Below, piece by piece: positions 60,049-64,000 of a stretch of DNA of 64,000 nt. How positions within the stretch are numbered: the first letter of the stretch is position 1; each line of letters begins with the position of its first letter. The notes under the pieces are model-generated. The model was not told where the DNA came from. It worked only from the letters and a program-made list of their open reading frames with translations, and searched no databases. Source of the stretch: a virus (taxonomy: Duplodnaviria > Caudoviricetes); IMG/VR virus record IMGVR_UViG_3300003937_000082, positions 63 through 64,062 of that record; one strand, written 5' to 3'. Position numbers and translations under genes: made by a program.

Positions 60049-61047
60049 GTGGCTAAGAATTACTATTTCGAAAACTACGAGAATTCGATGGAGCAAACTC
60101 TTATCGATGATTTGGTAGTGGAGTCGATTAAGATATACGGAATAGACACTATGTATATGCCTAGAACTATGGGCGCAAAAGATGATATTTTAAACGAAGA
60201 CGATCTTCCTGAATATAATGATGCACACCAAGTTGAGATGTATGTCAAGAATGTAGATGGTTTTGAGGGAGAAGGAGACTTCTTATCTAAATTCGGTTTA
60301 CAGATTCGTGACTCGATAACATTAACTATAGCGATGCGTACATACGAGTTAGAAGTTGGAATTAACAGTGAAATTAACAGACCTCGTGAAGGCGATGTCA
60401 TCTATCTGCCTCTTAATCAAAAGATGTTTGTAGTTCAGCACGTAGAGCATGAATCAATTTTTTACCAAATGGGATCTTTGCAGACATATGATCTTAGATG
60501 TGAATTATATGAGTATAGTGGAGAACGATTTAACACTGGACTTCCGTATATCGATGATAGGTTCGAATCTGATAATCTCTTCATTGATAGTGATGGTACA
60601 ACGTTTACTGTAGAAGTTCGAAGCAATGTGTTTCACATGCAGGCAACAGATGAAAGAGGCGATCTTATAAGCACTCCTAAACTTGAAGCGAGAGTTGATG
60701 AGAAAATTATATTCGACCAATCACACACTTCTAACACTAATAAGCCGTTAAGGATATATACAACTACATCTCCAAATAGCGGTAATCCTGTTACTGCGGG
60801 TCTTGAAGTCACTGGCACACCAGGCTCAGATGGAGCTAAAGTCACTTGGACTCCAGCTACAACTGGTACATATTACTATATTAATACAACCACAATTGGA
60901 ATGGGCGAAACAATTACAGTAGAAGCATCTAAGCTACAGAGTGTGGAAAGTTATGACGATATTGCGGATAACACAACTATAGAATCATTTGCCGACAACA
61001 TTGTAGATTTTAGTCAGAGCAATCCGTTTGGGGAGGATAACTTCTAA
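60049..61047 (+). CDS. gp14: Neck protein gp14 (GTG start) with inserted cupredoxin-like domain
   Basis: EQTLIDDLVVESIKIYGID.MYMPR, GFEGEGDFLSKFGL, RPREGDVIYLP, FYQMG and DFSQSNPFG motifs. Confidence 0.92.
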   Translation: MAKNYYFENYENSMEQTLIDDLVVESIKIYGIDTMYMPRTMGAKDDILNEDDLPEYNDAHQVEMYVKNVDGFEGEGDFLSKFGLQIRDSITLTIAMRTYELEVGINSEINRPREGDVIYLPLNQKMFVVQHVEHESIFYQMGSLQTYDLRCELYEYSGERFNTGLPYIDDRFESDNLFIDSDGTTFTVEVRSNVFHMQATDERGDLISTPKLEARVDEKIIFDQSHTSNTNKPLRIYTTTSPNSGNPVTAGLEVTGTPGSDGAKVTWTPATTGTYYYINTTTIGMGETITVEASKLQSVESYDDIADNTTIESFADNIVDFSQSNPFGEDNF

Positions 61048-61844
61048 TGTTTGGTCAACACTTTTACAACGAATCGACACGAAGATATGTTGCTGTATTT
61101 GGCACATTGTTTAATGATATTCAGATAGGTCGCAGTAATAACGCAGGTAAAGAGATACAGCGAATGACTGTGCCAATCAACTATGCGCCTGCTCAGAAGT
61201 TACTTGCAAGACTAGAAGGCGATCCAAATCTCGACAAGCCTGCCATTACTCTACCTCGCATGTCATTTGAAATTATGGGCATGAACTATAATCCAGCTCG
61301 TAAAGTTGGTTCGCTTGTAAGACAAACAAAATCTATATCAACAGATGACAGCAATGTGCTAAACTTGTATAGTCCCGCACCTTATGACATCGATTTTCAG
61401 TTAAACATAATGACGAAATACACTGAAGACGGCACAAAGATTTTAGAACAAATCTTACCCTTCTTCAAGCCAGACGTAACAGTTAGTGTTAAAATGATTG
61501 ATAGCATGGATTTCTATGTAGATATTCCTGTAGTGTTACAGAGCGTAACTACAGAAGATTCATATGAAGGAGACTTCGAATCAAGAAGAGTATTAATGTG
61601 GACTCTGAACTTTCAGATGAAGGCATTCTACTTTGGTCCAACTACAAATAAACGAGTAATTAAGTTCGTTGACAATAACATATATAGTAATACAACTGCT
61701 ACAAAAGCAGAAGAACAAGTGAACGTACAACCAGGATTGACCAGTGGAGGTCAGCCTACTACGAAAATTGCGGATTCTGTCGCATACGCAAATATTAATA
61801 TTGATGATAATTGGGCAGAGATCGTACAAATATTGGATGCTTGA
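61047..61844 (+). CDS. gp15: Tail sheath stabiliser / tail completion protein gp15
   Basis: MFGQHFYN..VFGTLFNDI, VPINYAPAQK, ITLPRMSFE, QILPFFKP and YEGDFESRR motifs. Confidence 0.93.
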   Translation: MFGQHFYNESTRRYVAVFGTLFNDIQIGRSNNAGKEIQRMTVPINYAPAQKLLARLEGDPNLDKPAITLPRMSFEIMGMNYNPARKVGSLVRQTKSISTDDSNVLNLYSPAPYDIDFQLNIMTKYTEDGTKILEQILPFFKPDVTVSVKMIDSMDFYVDIPVVLQSVTTEDSYEGDFESRRVLMWTLNFQMKAFYFGPTTNKRVIKFVDNNIYSNTTATKAEEQVNVQPGLTSGGQPTTKIADSVAYANINIDDNWAEIVQILDA

Positions 61845-61845
61845 C

Positions 61846-62277
61846 ATGATTAAAGATGAAATTAGTAATAGCTTAGGTCTTGAGCCTTTGCAAAATTTGA
61901 ATGAAGGAGAAGGCGAATTGGTAGTTCCTAAGAAGACTGAATTAGCAGAACTAAACCCTGTTGACGATAAGGTTGACAGAGATTATGACTATGCTAGGAC
62001 TAACTTCTATAACATCATTGAAACCGGCACGGAAGCACTTGAGCAAATGCTAGATGTTGCGAAGGCATCAGAGCATCCTCGTGCATATGAAGTCGTATCA
62101 ACTATCATGAAAACTCTTGTAGACGCAAACAAAGATTTAGTCTCAATGTCTGCTAAGAAACAAGAGAGCGAAGATGAAAAAAGCCCATCCGAAAAGACGG
62201 TGAGCAACAATAATCTTTTCGTGGGATCTACTGCTGAACTTCAGCAACTCTTAAAGGACATGAGAAACGGTGAGTAG
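61846..62277 (+). CDS. gp16: Terminase small subunit gp16
   Basis: DYDYARTN, ASEHPRAYEV and NNNLFVGSTAELQQLLK motifs. Start reassigned to ATG 61846, just after the gp15 stop. Confidence 0.92.
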   Translation: MIKDEISNSLGLEPLQNLNEGEGELVVPKKTELAELNPVDDKVDRDYDYARTNFYNIIETGTEALEQMLDVAKASEHPRAYEVVSTIMKTLVDANKDLVSMSAKKQESEDEKSPSEKTVSNNNLFVGSTAELQQLLKDMRNGE

Positions 62278-63886
62278 TATACAGGCAAAAGGTTACAATG
62301 GTAACATAAATCTAAAACGAAAAGGCACAGATGTAGAATTTTCGCAGGAAATGATATCTGAATTTCTTAAGTGTGCCAAAGATCCTATATACTTCTCAGA
62401 GAAATACATTCAAATCGTACATGTTGATCATGGTCTTATACCTATTAAAATGTACGATTATCAGAAAGAAATTTGTACTGCTATCACAGAGAACAGGCGT
62501 GTCACAGTTAATACGTCAAGGCAGGCAGGTAAAACTACTACAGCCGTAGCGGTAATCCTACACTATATCATATTTAACGACTTCAAAACAGTAGCATTGC
62601 TTGCTAATAAGGGCGATGCCGCACGTGAGATATTAGATAGAATTAAGATTGCATATGAAGCACTCCCAAGTTGGCTACAGCAAGGAGTTATCGAGTGGAA
62701 CAAAGGCTCAGTTGAATTTGAGAACGGGTGTAAGATTATAGCTGGTTCAACATCATCAAGTGCTATTCGTGGTAAATCTATATCATTCTTGTACATCGAT
62801 GAGACTGCATTCGTAGAGAACTGGGATGAGTTCTTCGCTTCAGTTTTTCCTACAATCTCATCTGGTGACACCACAAAAATTCTATTTACTTCCACACCTA
62901 ATGGTCTCAATCACTTCTATAAGACATGTATTGGCGCACAAGAAAATAGAAATGGTTACATATACATCGAAGTGCCATGGAACAGAGTTCCTCGCCGTGA
63001 TGATAAGTGGAAGAAAGAAACTCTTGCGGCAATGGATTTTGATCAGCAAAAATTCTCTCAAGAATTTGAGTGTGCTTTCTTAGGTTCATCTGGAACGTTG
63101 ATAGAAGGCTCAAAACTTAAAACTATGGTAGACCTACAGCCTATTGCTCAGACTGACAAGATGAAGGTATATGAGCAACCTCAACAGGACCACGTTTACG
63201 TGTGTGTTGTTGATGTATCAAGAGGAAAGGGTCTAGATTATTCTGCATTCCAGATAATTGATGTGACTCAAATGCCATATAAACAAGTTTGTGTGTATAA
63301 AGACAACACTATTACCCCTATTGACTACGCTGAAATCATATATAGAAGTATAGAGAGATATAACGAGGCTTATACTCTAATAGAGGTAAACGACATTGGC
63401 GAACAAGTATCGGAAGTACTGCATTATGAATTTGAAGTTGAAACGCTAATGTACACTGAATCAGCAGGAAGAGCAGGTAAAAGATTATCAACAGGCTTCT
63501 CTAAAAGCGCAGATAAAGGAATCAGAACCACAAAAAATGTGAAGTCCATTGGCTGTAATATGCTCAAAATGTTGATTGAGCAAGATCAGCTAATTATTAA
63601 CGACTTCGGAACAATAAATGAACTTTCGACATTCTCCAGACGTGGCAACTCTTATGAAGCAGAATCTGGAACACACGATGATTTGGTTATGTGTCTAGTG
63701 TTATTCGGATGGATGACCGATCAAACGTTTTTCAAAGAAGTCACAGACATAAATACTATCGATAAACTCAGATCAAGGAACGAAGAAGAACTTATGGAAA
63801 GCCTTCTACCAATTGGTTTCAACACTTATGACGAGGATATCCTTGACGATGAGCAGATAGGAACAGCCCAGTGGCTAAACTACTAA
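62270..63886 (+). CDS. gp17: Terminase large subunit gp17 (GTG start)
   Basis: Walker A SRQAGKTT, Walker B FLYIDETAF, coupling motif TSTPNG, and nuclease motifs VDVSRGKG.DYSA and HDDLVM. Confidence 0.97.
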   Translation: MSSIQAKGYNGNINLKRKGTDVEFSQEMISEFLKCAKDPIYFSEKYIQIVHVDHGLIPIKMYDYQKEICTAITENRRVTVNTSRQAGKTTTAVAVILHYIIFNDFKTVALLANKGDAAREILDRIKIAYEALPSWLQQGVIEWNKGSVEFENGCKIIAGSTSSSAIRGKSISFLYIDETAFVENWDEFFASVFPTISSGDTTKILFTSTPNGLNHFYKTCIGAQENRNGYIYIEVPWNRVPRRDDKWKKETLAAMDFDQQKFSQEFECAFLGSSGTLIEGSKLKTMVDLQPIAQTDKMKVYEQPQQDHVYVCVVDVSRGKGLDYSAFQIIDVTQMPYKQVCVYKDNTITPIDYAEIIYRSIERYNEAYTLIEVNDIGEQVSEVLHYEFEVETLMYTESAGRAGKRLSTGFSKSADKGIRTTKNVKSIGCNMLKMLIEQDQLIINDFGTINELSTFSRRGNSYEAESGTHDDLVMCLVLFGWMTDQTFFKEVTDINTIDKLRSRNEEELMESLLPIGFNTYDEDILDDEQIGTAQWLNY

Positions 63887-63897
63887 ATTGCTGTTTT

Positions 63898-63905
63898 TAT
63901 AAATA
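63898..63905 (+). promoter_or_regulatory. T4-type late promoter
   Basis: Exact TATAAATA between gp17 and gp18. Confidence 0.85.
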
Positions 63906-63955
63906 TAGAAATAAAGAAGTTTATAACTTACAAAATAAACAAGGAGAAATGAGAA

Positions 63956-64000
63956 ATGGCTTTTCAAACAAGTCCAGGCGTTAATATCAGCGAAATCGAC
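63956..64000 (+). CDS. gp18: Tail sheath protein gp18, first 15 codons only
   Basis: ATG at 63956 translates to MAFQTSPGVNISEID, matching the SPGV..EID sheath N-terminus. AAGGAG RBS upstream; follows gp17. Not in the ORF track. Confidence 0.88.
   Translation, partial: MAFQTSPGVNISEID

Noticed and set aside
61744-61845. ORF-track 5' extension of gp16
   Set aside because: It overlaps gp15 by about 100 nt. ATG 61846 just after the gp15 stop gives a normal-sized gp16.
1172-63113. Dozens of 60-226 aa ORFs on the minus strand or in alternative frames (e.g. 29985-30602, 30660-31340, 41509-41940)
   Set aside because: They lie within or across long, motif-supported + strand genes. They are expected shadow ORFs of G/T/A/V-rich codons and have no promoters or recognisable motifs.
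62270-63886. Intron, intein or homing endonuclease in the terminase
   Set aside because: Continuous 538-aa ORF of normal length with all motifs in order and no splicing signatures.
1-64000. tRNA, rRNA or rho-independent terminators
   Set aside because: Intergenic gaps are under 100 nt, and none shows a cloverleaf or a GC-rich hairpin followed by a U-tract.

Overview
This window is the virion-morphogenesis (late) region of a large T4-like myophage, probably marine and resembling cyano-/pelagi-myoviruses; the host cannot be determined from this window. Gene order: baseplate wedge gp7-like (probably 5'-truncated), gp8, a VrlC/DUF4815-like protein, about 49 kb of tail-fibre/adhesin and accessory virion genes (10.0-59.3 kb), neck gp13 and gp14, gp15, terminase gp16 and gp17, and the first 15 codons of tail sheath gp18. 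All genes are on + except one (26678-29158), which appears to be driven by a palindromic, bidirectional T4-type late promoter. The most notable structure is an array of at least six paralogous fibre genes (32.9-59.0 kb). They share one stem module, are built from roughly 35-40 'ERMRI..GNVGIG'-delimited units, carry duplicated promoter/RBS leaders and are mostly followed by small partner genes. Exact DNA micro-repeats pair different paralogs at different points, suggesting recombinational shuffling or gene conversion. A separate ~50-aa module is inserted five times into four different structural proteins. I found no RNA genes, CRISPR arrays, recombinases or reverse transcriptase. Family assignments come from recognising motifs by eye, not from database searches.
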